From Trueperaceae bacterium (GTDB lineage Bacteria; Deinococcota; Deinococci; Deinococcales; Trueperaceae), in the NCBI GenBank assembly GCA_040905465.1, contig JBBDRK010000007.1:39897-61486 (forward strand): a stretch of DNA of 21,590 nucleotides. Reading direction: 5' to 3'. Position numbers and translations under genes: made by a program. The notes beneath the pieces were generated by a model. It worked only from the letters and a program-made list of their open reading frames with translations. It ran no database searches and was not told where the DNA came from. Shown piece after piece: positions 7,391 through 15,751 of this stretch. Every line of letters begins with the position of its first letter. Within the stretch, counting starts at the first letter, position 1.

Positions 7391-8662
7391 ATGAAGCGGG
7401 GACCGGTGAAACACGGACCGGTGAAGGGGGATCGACCTGGCCGGCCAGTTCTCAGCCTGATGCTCTATCTGCTGCTGCTCGCGCTGGGCTGGAGCGCCGC
7501 TCAGCCCGGCACGTTGCTCGACATCACCAGCACCGGCTCCTTGTCGGCGGAAGCGGTCGACGCGCGCGTGGCGGGCCGCTTCCGATCCAACGGCGAGTCC
7601 GCGCCCGCGGCCACGACTTCGGTAGATACCTATCTGATCCGCTACAACAGCGTCTGGCCAAACGGCGATCCGGCCGAGATCACCGCTCAACTGTTCGTAC
7701 CGGTCGAGGTGGCGATGCCGGAGAGCCTGCTGGTGTTCGCACCCGGCTCGACGGGTCTGGTGGAAGCGTGCGCACCCTCGCGTCCGTTCGTCGAAGGCGG
7801 CAGCTACGGCACCTACAACGCCTACACCCTGGCCTTCGCCGGACAGGGATTCGCCGCGGTAATGCCCAATTACATGGGCTTCTTCGACGTCGGGGTGATC
7901 CAACCGTACTTCGACCGGGTAGCGGAAGGTCGTGCCCTGCTCGACGCCATTCGCGCCAGCGAGCAGGCGCTGGCTTCACTGGGCGAGGGGCGCAATTCGC
8001 TGCCCGCCTTCGTCGCCGGCTACTCGCAAGGTGGCCACGCGGCTTTCTCGGCCGCCGACCTGCACGCCGAGTATGCCCCGGACACCGATCTCGCCGGCGT
8101 AGTCGGCTTCGGGCCCACCACCGTCATGAGCTCGCTTTTCCTGGAGTTCACCTTCGTGGCCCCCTGGGTCGTGTACAGCTCTTTGATCTTCGAACCGGGC
8201 CGGATAGACCCGGCACGGATGCTGGCCGAGCCGTACCTGTCGCGCCTGGCAAGCGACGCCGAGCGACTCTGCATCCTCGAGGCGCAGAGTTACTATCCGG
8301 CTTCACCGCAGAGTCTGTTCCGGCCCGAGTTCACCGCGGCGCTCAGGGAAAGAACGCTGGAACGCGATTACCCCGATGTGGCGGAGTGGTTCGCCGAGAA
8401 CGACGCCGGGCTGGCCGGCCACGGACTGCCGGTCATCATCCTGCAGGGAGTAGACGACCCGGTGGTACACATCGACTCCCAGAACCGCTTCGTCGTCGCG
8501 CTTTGCCAGGCGGGCAGCGCCGTTCGTTACCCCAACTACCTTCGGACGCGGCATGAGACGCGCTATATAGGTTTCGGCACGGCGATCGACTGGATGCGCC
8601 TGGTGGCATCCGGCGAGTCCACGCCCGCCGACGACTGCGCCGACATACCGACCGGCCCCTGA
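7391..8662 (+). CDS. Secreted LIP-family (secretory lipase/CAL-A-like) alpha/beta hydrolase 1
   Basis: Signal peptide; PGSTGLVEACAPS, nucleophile GYSQGG, QGVDDPVV (Asp), TRHET (His). Start 7391 preferred; 7376 possible. Confidence 0.82.
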   Translation: MKRGPVKHGPVKGDRPGRPVLSLMLYLLLLALGWSAAQPGTLLDITSTGSLSAEAVDARVAGRFRSNGESAPAATTSVDTYLIRYNSVWPNGDPAEITAQLFVPVEVAMPESLLVFAPGSTGLVEACAPSRPFVEGGSYGTYNAYTLAFAGQGFAAVMPNYMGFFDVGVIQPYFDRVAEGRALLDAIRASEQALASLGEGRNSLPAFVAGYSQGGHAAFSAADLHAEYAPDTDLAGVVGFGPTTVMSSLFLEFTFVAPWVVYSSLIFEPGRIDPARMLAEPYLSRLASDAERLCILEAQSYYPASPQSLFRPEFTAALRERTLERDYPDVAEWFAENDAGLAGHGLPVIILQGVDDPVVHIDSQNRFVVALCQAGSAVRYPNYLRTRHETRYIGFGTAIDWMRLVASGESTPADDCADIPTGP

Positions 8663-8672
8663 GAGGAGCACG

Positions 8673-9977
8673 ATGCCTCAATTTCGGCTCAAGCCATCAA
8701 GCCTGACGCTAGTCGCTACCGTCGCCGTCCTGATGATTCCCTGGGCCAGCGCGCAAGCGGTCGAAGGAGCGCCGGCCGCACCGGGAACGCTGATCGACGT
8801 GATCAACGAGGGCACTACCGGCCCGTTCGAAATCCAGCGGCTGGCAACGCCGCTGTTCGGCCGCCACGGACCGCCGATCGTCGAGAACGGAGTGACAAGC
8901 TACCGCATTCACTACTGGACCATAGGCCTCGATGGTGAGCCGGCCGAGGTTGCCGCCCAGCTCTTCGTTCCGATAGTCGAGCGCCCGGCGGCGAGGCCTC
9001 TCTACGTATTCGGTTCGGGGACGACCGGCGTCGCCGATGCTTGCGCCCCGACTCGAGAATCTGTCTACCCGCACCCGTTGGGCCAATACCGACCGTACCT
9101 GCTGGCCTACGCCGGGCGGGGATTTACCGCCATCATCCCCGACTATCTCGGATTCAACGATCCCGACCGGCTACAGTCGTACTTCAACGCCGAGGCGGAG
9201 GCGCGAGTGATGCTTGACGCCGTCCGCGCCGTCCAGGCGTTCTTCGAAAGCACGCTCTCCGGCAACCCGTCCTTCGACGACGCGTTTTTCGACGACCGAG
9301 ACGGCTCGCCGGCCGGCCGTCGCAACGTGTTCCTGGGAGGATACTCACAAGGCGGCCACGCCGCATTCGCCGCGGCCGACCTGCAGCCCGCCTATGCACC
9401 GGAGCTCGACCTGGACGGGATCCTTGGTTTCGGTGCCACGACCGACGTCGAGAGCCTCCTGCGGGAGGGACCGTTTTACGCCCCCTACATCGTGCTTTCG
9501 TACCGGCAGGATTACGGTTCGGAGCTGTTCGATCCGGCCTCGGTGCTGGCACCGCGGTGGCTGGGCGGGCTCGAGCTGGCGGCCGGCAAGATGTGCGTCG
9601 ACGTCGTCCAGGCACACTATCCGTTCGACGGAAATCGCGTATACAGTCGCTCGTTTGCGGAGTCGCTCTACGGCCATACCCTCGAGCAGGACCTGCCGGC
9701 AATCGCTCGAATCCTGCGCCAGAACCGCACCGGTCTGAAGGGTCATGGGTTGCCCTCTCTCGTCGTGCAGGGCGAAGACGACGTGATCGTATGGACGAGC
9801 AGCCAGACGAGATTCGTTCGGGAGCTGTGCGCGAGAGGCAGCGACGTGCAATACCTGCGCTTCCCCAACGTTCGCCACCGAGAGACCCGACCGGTGGCGT
9901 TCGAGCAGTCGATCGCCTGGATGCGGGGCCTGGACAGGGGTAATCCACCTCCTTCGAGTTGTGGCCTGCTCGAGTGA
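8673..9977 (+). CDS. Secreted LIP-family alpha/beta hydrolase 2 (paralog of 7391..8662)
   Basis: SD GAGGAG; signal peptide; GTTGVADACAPT, PDYLG, GYSQGGHAA, QGEDDVIV, VRHRET; collinear with hydrolase 1. Confidence 0.85.
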   Translation: MPQFRLKPSSLTLVATVAVLMIPWASAQAVEGAPAAPGTLIDVINEGTTGPFEIQRLATPLFGRHGPPIVENGVTSYRIHYWTIGLDGEPAEVAAQLFVPIVERPAARPLYVFGSGTTGVADACAPTRESVYPHPLGQYRPYLLAYAGRGFTAIIPDYLGFNDPDRLQSYFNAEAEARVMLDAVRAVQAFFESTLSGNPSFDDAFFDDRDGSPAGRRNVFLGGYSQGGHAAFAAADLQPAYAPELDLDGILGFGATTDVESLLREGPFYAPYIVLSYRQDYGSELFDPASVLAPRWLGGLELAAGKMCVDVVQAHYPFDGNRVYSRSFAESLYGHTLEQDLPAIARILRQNRTGLKGHGLPSLVVQGEDDVIVWTSSQTRFVRELCARGSDVQYLRFPNVRHRETRPVAFEQSIAWMRGLDRGNPPPSSCGLLE

Positions 9978-10081
9978 GTCGGCGCCGGACGCTAGCGGAC
10001 GGGACGGACAGGTGACGCCCGGGCTGCCACGGCGCGACCCGCTATACTTTCCGAACCTAGGGCGTAGGTCATAATCGGGCT

Positions 10082-11251
10082 GTGAGCGTCGCCTATATCG
10101 ACTCCGAGAAAAAGCAGAGGTTGCGGGACCAGGCAACTGCGGTGGCCATGGATGTCGCGGCGCCGGGGGCGGACCGAGTCGACGCGGAGGCGGTTTGGCC
10201 ACAGGCGACCTTCGATGCCCTGGCCGAAGCCGGCCTGCTGGGCCTGCACGTTCCGGAGCGTCTAGGTGGTCATGGCGAGGGGCTGATCGGCCTCCTGCTC
10301 ACCACCGAGACTCTCGCTGGCGCCTGTTCGTCGTCCGGCCTCTGCTTCGGCATGCACAACGTCGCCACCGCGGTACTGGCGGCCAAGGCCACCCCCGATC
10401 ACGAGGAGCGCTTCCTGCTGCCGATCGCTCGCGGAAAGCACGTCACCAGCCTGGCGGTTTCCGAGGCCGGCACCGGATCGCACCTCTACCTCACCGACAC
10501 GAGCATCGAACGCGACGGCGACTGTTTCACGGTGCGAGGTCAGAAGCAGTTCGTCAGTAGCGGGGCGCAGGCCGACTCGTACGTCACCTCGACCATGACC
10601 ACCACCGGCCGCTCTGCGCCGGGCGAGTTCAATATGCTGGTCGTGGAGAAAGACACGCCAGGGACAGTCTGGGGCGAGCCCTGGAAGGGCTTCGGCATGC
10701 GTGGGAACGCGGCACGCAGCCTCAAACTCGACGGTGCGCGCGTGAACGCCCGGAACCTGCTGGGGGCAGAAGGCGACCAGACCTGGTACATGTTCGAGAT
10801 CGTCGTCCCCTACTTCATCATGGCCATGGCCGGAACCTATCTGGGCATAGCCCAGGCCGCTCTCGACGAGGCCATCGCCCACGTGCGCACCCGACGTTTC
10901 GCCCACAGTGGTGAGGCGCTGGCCGAGGCTCCCCTGGTGCAGGAGAAGGTGGCACGGCTGTGGGCAGACGTCGAAAAGGGCCGGCGCTTCATCTATCACG
11001 CCGCTCGGCTTGGCGACGCGGGTGACGTCCGGGCGCTTCCCGCCATCCTCTCGGCGAAAGCGGAGATGGACGAAATCGCGGTGCGGGTGACCAACGAGGC
11101 GATGTCGCTCGGAGGCGGCATCGAGTATCGCGAAAACGGCAAGATGGCCAGGCTTCTGCGGGACGCCAGGGCGAGTCAGGTGATGTCCCCCACGACCGAC
11201 CTCTTACGCTTGTGGACCGGCAGGGCGCTTCTCGGGCTCCCGATCCTCTAA
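10082..11251 (+). CDS. Acyl-CoA dehydrogenase-fold flavoprotein
   Basis: SLAVSEAGTGSH, GQKQFVSSG, GMRGN, LGGGIEY, LRDARASQVMSPT; GTG start 6 nt after CATAAT; TATACT at 10043-10048. Confidence 0.88.
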   Translation: MSVAYIDSEKKQRLRDQATAVAMDVAAPGADRVDAEAVWPQATFDALAEAGLLGLHVPERLGGHGEGLIGLLLTTETLAGACSSSGLCFGMHNVATAVLAAKATPDHEERFLLPIARGKHVTSLAVSEAGTGSHLYLTDTSIERDGDCFTVRGQKQFVSSGAQADSYVTSTMTTTGRSAPGEFNMLVVEKDTPGTVWGEPWKGFGMRGNAARSLKLDGARVNARNLLGAEGDQTWYMFEIVVPYFIMAMAGTYLGIAQAALDEAIAHVRTRRFAHSGEALAEAPLVQEKVARLWADVEKGRRFIYHAARLGDAGDVRALPAILSAKAEMDEIAVRVTNEAMSLGGGIEYRENGKMARLLRDARASQVMSPTTDLLRLWTGRALLGLPIL

Positions 11252-11262
11252 GGTCTCCGACA

Positions 11263-12903
11263 ATGAGCAACCATGACCCCCAGACTATATTATGGATTAC
11301 GGAAGCGGGCGACCGGCCGAGAGAGTTACCGCCGGCCCTTTCGTCAGCGTCCGAATTCAATGCTCACTTCTGCAGCGCCGACAACCTGGAGGAGTGTCTC
11401 AGGCAGATGACGCGTGAGGGAGAACCGCCGCTTGCCGTGGTCATCGGCTCGGGTACCCCGGTGCCACTGCGTGTCGCGCGCCGCATCTACCCACTCGCAC
11501 CGCTTTCGCACATGCTGTTCGTGGTCGACCGCGAGCAGCTCGCCGAGTTCCGCGGCCAGATGGCGCTGGCACCCATGATAGGCACCTACTGGTCCATTGT
11601 GGAATCGCGATCCGAAGCATTGCTGAGCGCTCTCGAGTCGGCCGCCAGGGCCAGCCGGCAGCGCCGTCACCTGCGCACCAGTCTCACCCAGATCAATCTG
11701 CGCCTGAGCGAAGAGCGCCCGACCGTAGACAGCGCCGAATACCGCAAGCTGGTGATCTCCGACAAGTACCTCGCTACGATACTCGAGCACGCGCAGGACG
11801 CCATCATCTCGCTCGATCTGCAGTCGCGCATCGCCAGCTGGAATCGTGGGGCAGTCGGCCTCTTTGGCTTCTCGTCCGAAGAAGCAGCCAATCTGCGCCT
11901 GGACGACCTTGCCTCCGGGAAGCCGCGCCGGTCGATGCGGCGCTGGTTTGACCTGGCTAAGGCAGGAACGCCGGTCGTGCAGGAGGAAGCCGAGTGCCGG
12001 CGCGGCGCGAACGAAACGTTCACTGCCGACCTGACCTTCGTGCCGGTACGCAGCGATGCCGGCGAGGTGATCGCCGTCTCGCTCACGGCCCGGGACGTTA
12101 CCGAGAGAAGGCGCAACGAGGAGGAGTTGCGGCGGATACGCGCGGAACTCGAGGACCGCGTGGCCGAGCGAACGGCGGCCTTGAGGGCGGTCAACCGCGA
12201 GCTGGAAGCTTTCACCTACAGCGCCAGCCACGACCTCAGGGCGCCACTGCGCGGGATCGACGGCTTCACCCAGGCGCTACTCGAGGACTACGGCGACAGC
12301 TTCGACGACACCGCCAGCCGCTATCTGGAACGGATCCGGGCGGGCGCTCGGCGAATGGGCGACACGATCGACTCACTGCTGATGCTTTCGCGCATCTCCC
12401 AGGCGGAACTGCACACCGCTCCCGTGAACCTGGCCGCATTGGCACGCGAGATCGTGACCGGCCTGCGCGAGCTCGAGCCCGGCCGCGAAGTGGAGCTGCG
12501 GGTCGAGCCGGGGCTGTCGCTGCAGGCCGACCCGCAACTCATGCGAATCGCGCTCGAGAACCTCCTGAACAACGCCTGGAAGTTCACCCGCGAGCGCGAC
12601 CAGGCTCTCATCGAGGTGGGCCGGGTGGAGAACCGGAGCGAGAAGACGTTCTTCGTGCGGGACAACGGCGCCGGTTTCGACATGACTTATGCCGACAAGC
12701 TCTTCCTGCCGTTCCAGCGCCTTCACCACCCGCTCCGCTTCGAGGGCAGCGGCATCGGACTCGGCACCGTCCAGCGCGTGATAGCCCGCCACGGCGGCCG
12801 GGTCTGGGCGACCTCAGAGGCCGGCGAGGGCGCCACGTTCTACTTCACGGTGCCGGAGGGTATTGCCAAAAGGCAGTTATCCGAGGTCGACCGGCCTGCC
12901 TGA
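11263..12903 (+). CDS. PAS-domain sensor histidine kinase with N-terminal receiver-like domain
   Basis: PAS (DAIISLD...WNRGAVGLFG...RDVTERR), H-box YSASHDLRAPLR, N-box NLLNNAWKF, DNGAGFD, LFLPFQRLH, GSGIGLG. Start set at ATG 11263, 11 nt after the ACAD stop. Confidence 0.92.
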   Translation: MSNHDPQTILWITEAGDRPRELPPALSSASEFNAHFCSADNLEECLRQMTREGEPPLAVVIGSGTPVPLRVARRIYPLAPLSHMLFVVDREQLAEFRGQMALAPMIGTYWSIVESRSEALLSALESAARASRQRRHLRTSLTQINLRLSEERPTVDSAEYRKLVISDKYLATILEHAQDAIISLDLQSRIASWNRGAVGLFGFSSEEAANLRLDDLASGKPRRSMRRWFDLAKAGTPVVQEEAECRRGANETFTADLTFVPVRSDAGEVIAVSLTARDVTERRRNEEELRRIRAELEDRVAERTAALRAVNRELEAFTYSASHDLRAPLRGIDGFTQALLEDYGDSFDDTASRYLERIRAGARRMGDTIDSLLMLSRISQAELHTAPVNLAALAREIVTGLRELEPGREVELRVEPGLSLQADPQLMRIALENLLNNAWKFTRERDQALIEVGRVENRSEKTFFVRDNGAGFDMTYADKLFLPFQRLHHPLRFEGSGIGLGTVQRVIARHGGRVWATSEAGEGATFYFTVPEGIAKRQLSEVDRPA

Positions 12904-13242
12904 CCGGACTCGCGGCCGGGCGGCTTCCGGTCGCTGGCGAGCGAACATCACGGCATCGGCCCAATCGAGGAAGCGAGGCTCGGCCGAGCGAACGACCGCG
13001 TCGAACTCCATCGGATGCTCCCGGTAGCCGCAGCGAATCAACAGGACCAGATAGGTCCACCAGAAGCGCAAGAGCCCCATCCTCCTGAGCTGCTCGACGT
13101 GCACGAGCTCATGCGCCAGCAGCCTTCGCGACAGCTTCGCACCGCGCCTCACGAACACCCGCTCTGGCAAGAGCACCTGCGCTACCACCCAGCGCGGCAC
13201 CAGGAACGGCAGGCGAATCAGTCGGACACCCGAATTGTTCAT
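12877..13242 (-). CDS. Small HExxH (DUF4157-like zincin) protein
   Basis: LLAHELVHVEQ...YREHPMEFDA; G-rich SD upstream; start 13242 or GTG 13248; overlaps the kinase 3' end by 27 nt. Confidence 0.65.
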   Translation of the reverse strand: MNNSGVRLIRLPFLVPRWVVAQVLLPERVFVRRGAKLSRRLLAHELVHVEQLRRMGLLRFWWTYLVLLIRCGYREHPMEFDAVVRSAEPRFLDWADAVMFARQRPEAARPRVRSGRPVDLG

Positions 13243-13584
13243 GGTCACAAACCCCCCCGTTTCCTCGGCACGAGCCGAGAAGCCCTCCACGTCACCCGCT
13301 GCCGTGACGCTTCGAGACCGGCGCGCATCTCCGGCCCGACCCCACGAGCCTGCGCGCCTGCTCACCCGTATGCTCCGCCTTTGCCGGCGTGCATACAGCG
13401 ATACCTGTCACACCCGCCGCCGTCCACCGGCCCGCCACCCCCGGTACCGCGGCAACCGGCGCCCCATGCCGTTGCCGCGCCAACTCGGGAACGGCTTGCG
13501 AGCGGCGATGGCGGTTCCGGTTACAGCGCCGGTCCCGGCGACTCGTAACAGTGAGGTCAGTCGGACCGTATTGGGGGGGACGAG

Positions 13585-13767
13585 ATGACGGGACATTCGC
13601 TCGGCGCACGGTTGCTGGTCTACGGACTCCTGGGGACTAGCTTCGCCCTGGGGCTCCCGCTGTTCCACTACGTGACGGCGTTGATGATCGCCCTGGTCTT
13701 GCGACACGGCAGGGGCCCTGACGGACTGCTGACTGCCATGAGGGCGGGTGCGACGCGCGTGGCCTGA
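13585..13767 (+). CDS. Small hypothetical membrane protein (60 aa)
   Basis: G-rich SD-like run before the ATG, long hydrophobic segment, fills an otherwise empty gap. Confidence 0.45.
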   Translation: MTGHSLGARLLVYGLLGTSFALGLPLFHYVTALMIALVLRHGRGPDGLLTAMRAGATRVA

Positions 13768-13868
13768 TAGTGGCCGCGGCGACTCGAACCCGGCACCGAG
13801 AACCAGGTACCTCGCCAGATCTGGGACGTTCCGATACGAAAGGTGCTGCCCGGCACCCTCCTGGCGGC

Positions 13869-14645
13869 TCAGCGCACCACTTTGCGTCGCATCTGCCAGA
13901 TGGCGAACGTAGCGAGCGCGGACCCCACCAGCAACAGGTAGGCCACATCTATCCAGATGCCATGCAGGTCGCCCATTATGATCCCGCGCAGGAGTTGCAC
14001 GGACCGGTAGAGCGGAGTCAGCTCGGCTACCGCCACCAGGCCGGGAGGAAAGCGGTCCGCCACAGGGAAGAATATGTCTGAGAAGAGAAACGACGGCGTG
14101 AGGAAGAGCGTGAAGTAGTAGGAGTAGACATCGATGATGGGGATCACCGAGGTGAATGCCAAGCCGATGGCCGCGAAGCAGAAGCCGATCAGTGCTATCG
14201 CCGGAAGCGCCAGCAGGATCCGCCAGGTCAGGGGCGTGTCGAAGAACAGCGTGATCAGCAAGAAGATGCTGCCGTACATGAGCGAGCGCGTCACGGCCCA
14301 CATCAACTCGCCCAGGGCAACGTCCTCCATGTTCGCTCGAGTGGCGATAAAGGCGTCGTAAAGCTTGGCGAAGTGCAGCTTGATGAACACGTTGTAGGTG
14401 GTTTCGAAGGAGGCGCCGTTCATGGCGGAAGCGGCGACCAGGCCCGGAGCGATGAAGGCGAGATAGCTTCCGCCGAACTCACCGCCGGCGCTCACGTAGA
14501 AGCCGAGTCCCAGTCCCATGCCCAGCAGGTAGAACAGCGGCTCGAAGAAGTTGGGCAGAAGTGCGTACAGCCAACGGGTTCGGTAGACCCACAGGTTGCG
14601 TTGCCAAACCCGTGAAGCGGCGCTGAATGAAACAGGCGATTTCAC
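13869..14645 (-). CDS. ABC-2 exporter permease (NodJ-like)
   Basis: FEPLFYLLGMGLGLG, YLAFIAPGLVAASAMNGASFE, FLFSDIFFP, LTPLYRSVQLLR; about 6 TM. Confidence 0.92.
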   Translation of the reverse strand: MKSPVSFSAASRVWQRNLWVYRTRWLYALLPNFFEPLFYLLGMGLGLGFYVSAGGEFGGSYLAFIAPGLVAASAMNGASFETTYNVFIKLHFAKLYDAFIATRANMEDVALGELMWAVTRSLMYGSIFLLITLFFDTPLTWRILLALPAIALIGFCFAAIGLAFTSVIPIIDVYSYYFTLFLTPSFLFSDIFFPVADRFPPGLVAVAELTPLYRSVQLLRGIIMGDLHGIWIDVAYLLLVGSALATFAIWQMRRKVVR

Positions 14646-14647
14646 CG

Positions 14648-15571
14648 CTACTCCCGCAGGCTCCGGCCGGTGAGGTTCAGGAACACGTCCTCGAGGTTGG
14701 TGGGGCGCACGAACGCCTTGTCGCCGCCCAATTCGTCGCGCTGGAGGGCCTCAACGGCGGCCACTCCGTCTGCAACGAACAGGCTTGCCCGCTCTCCGGA
14801 GCGAACCAGTTCCACCCCGTGCCGCTCGGCGAAGCGTGCCAGGGCGCCGTCGGCCCCCGGCGCCACTCGCGCCTCGACCACGTAAGGCGGCAGATTTCCG
14901 CGAATCAGGTCTCGCGGGGCCCCCTGAGCAATGATCTGGCCGTGGTCCATGATAAGGAGTTCGTCGCACAGGCGCTCGGCCTCATCCATGTAGTGAGTGC
15001 TCATCAGCAATGTCATGCCTCTCGCGCGAAGGGCATCGAGCTTCTCCCAGATGGACAGCCGCACCTGCGGGTCGAGTCCGGTGGTTGGCTCGTCGAGGAC
15101 CAGGAACCTAGGCGAGTTCATCAGGCCGCGGGCAAGCGTGAGTCGCCGTTTCATTCCCCCTGAGAGCTGTCGCACCTGAGCCTTGCGCCGGCCCGAGAGC
15201 TCGGCGAACTCGAGCATCTCCTGGGCGCGGCTCTCTGCCTCGCGACCGGTGATGCCGTTAAGGCGTGCGTAGATACGCAGGTTGTCCTCGACCGACAGTT
15301 CGTCGTCGAGGTTGTCGATCTGCGGCACCACGCCAATGCGTTCCTTTATCGCGCGCGCCTCCTTGCCACTCGTCAGGCCGAACACTTCCAGCCTGCCGGA
15401 CGTAGGTGGCGTCACCTGGTAGATCATCCGCATGGTGGTGGACTTGCCGGCGCCGTTCGGCCCCAGCAGGCCGTAGAAACGGCCCTCCTGTACGGCGAAG
15501 CTGACGCCGCTCACCGCCTCGATTTCGCCGTAGCGCTTGACCAGATCCACGGCGTCGACGACAGCGTGCAT
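14648..15571 (-). CDS. ABC-2 exporter ATP-binding subunit (NodI-like)
   Basis: Walker A GPNGAGKST, LSGGMKRR, Walker B LVLDEPTTGLD, THYMDEAE, NLEDVFLNLTGRSLRE; SD GAGGGGG. Confidence 0.95.
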   Translation of the reverse strand: MHAVVDAVDLVKRYGEIEAVSGVSFAVQEGRFYGLLGPNGAGKSTTMRMIYQVTPPTSGRLEVFGLTSGKEARAIKERIGVVPQIDNLDDELSVEDNLRIYARLNGITGREAESRAQEMLEFAELSGRRKAQVRQLSGGMKRRLTLARGLMNSPRFLVLDEPTTGLDPQVRLSIWEKLDALRARGMTLLMSTHYMDEAERLCDELLIMDHGQIIAQGAPRDLIRGNLPPYVVEARVAPGADGALARFAERHGVELVRSGERASLFVADGVAAVEALQRDELGGDKAFVRPTNLEDVFLNLTGRSLRE

Positions 15572-15751
15572 CGTTCCCCCTCATCTCCGGGCGGTCGGCC
15601 AACATACCTCCGCCGCCACACAACTCAGAAAGCGTACCAGAACCTGCCCGGCCGGGAACCGGCGGGGCGGCCGTGCGTCATGGGCGTTGCCATGTCCGGT
15701 GGGGCCGGCAACGGACAGAGAAAGCGCCGAGAGCGCGCTAACCTGAGGGGC

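Noticed and set aside
1342-13479. Recurring GCGGCAAC/GTTGCCGC 8-mer as a REP element
   Set aside because: Too short and GC-rich, also present in coding sequence, and flanks are not shared.
13869-15571. True nodIJ Nod-factor export
   Set aside because: No nodABC present; NodIJ-like ABC-2 pairs are widespread, so the substrate cannot be assigned.
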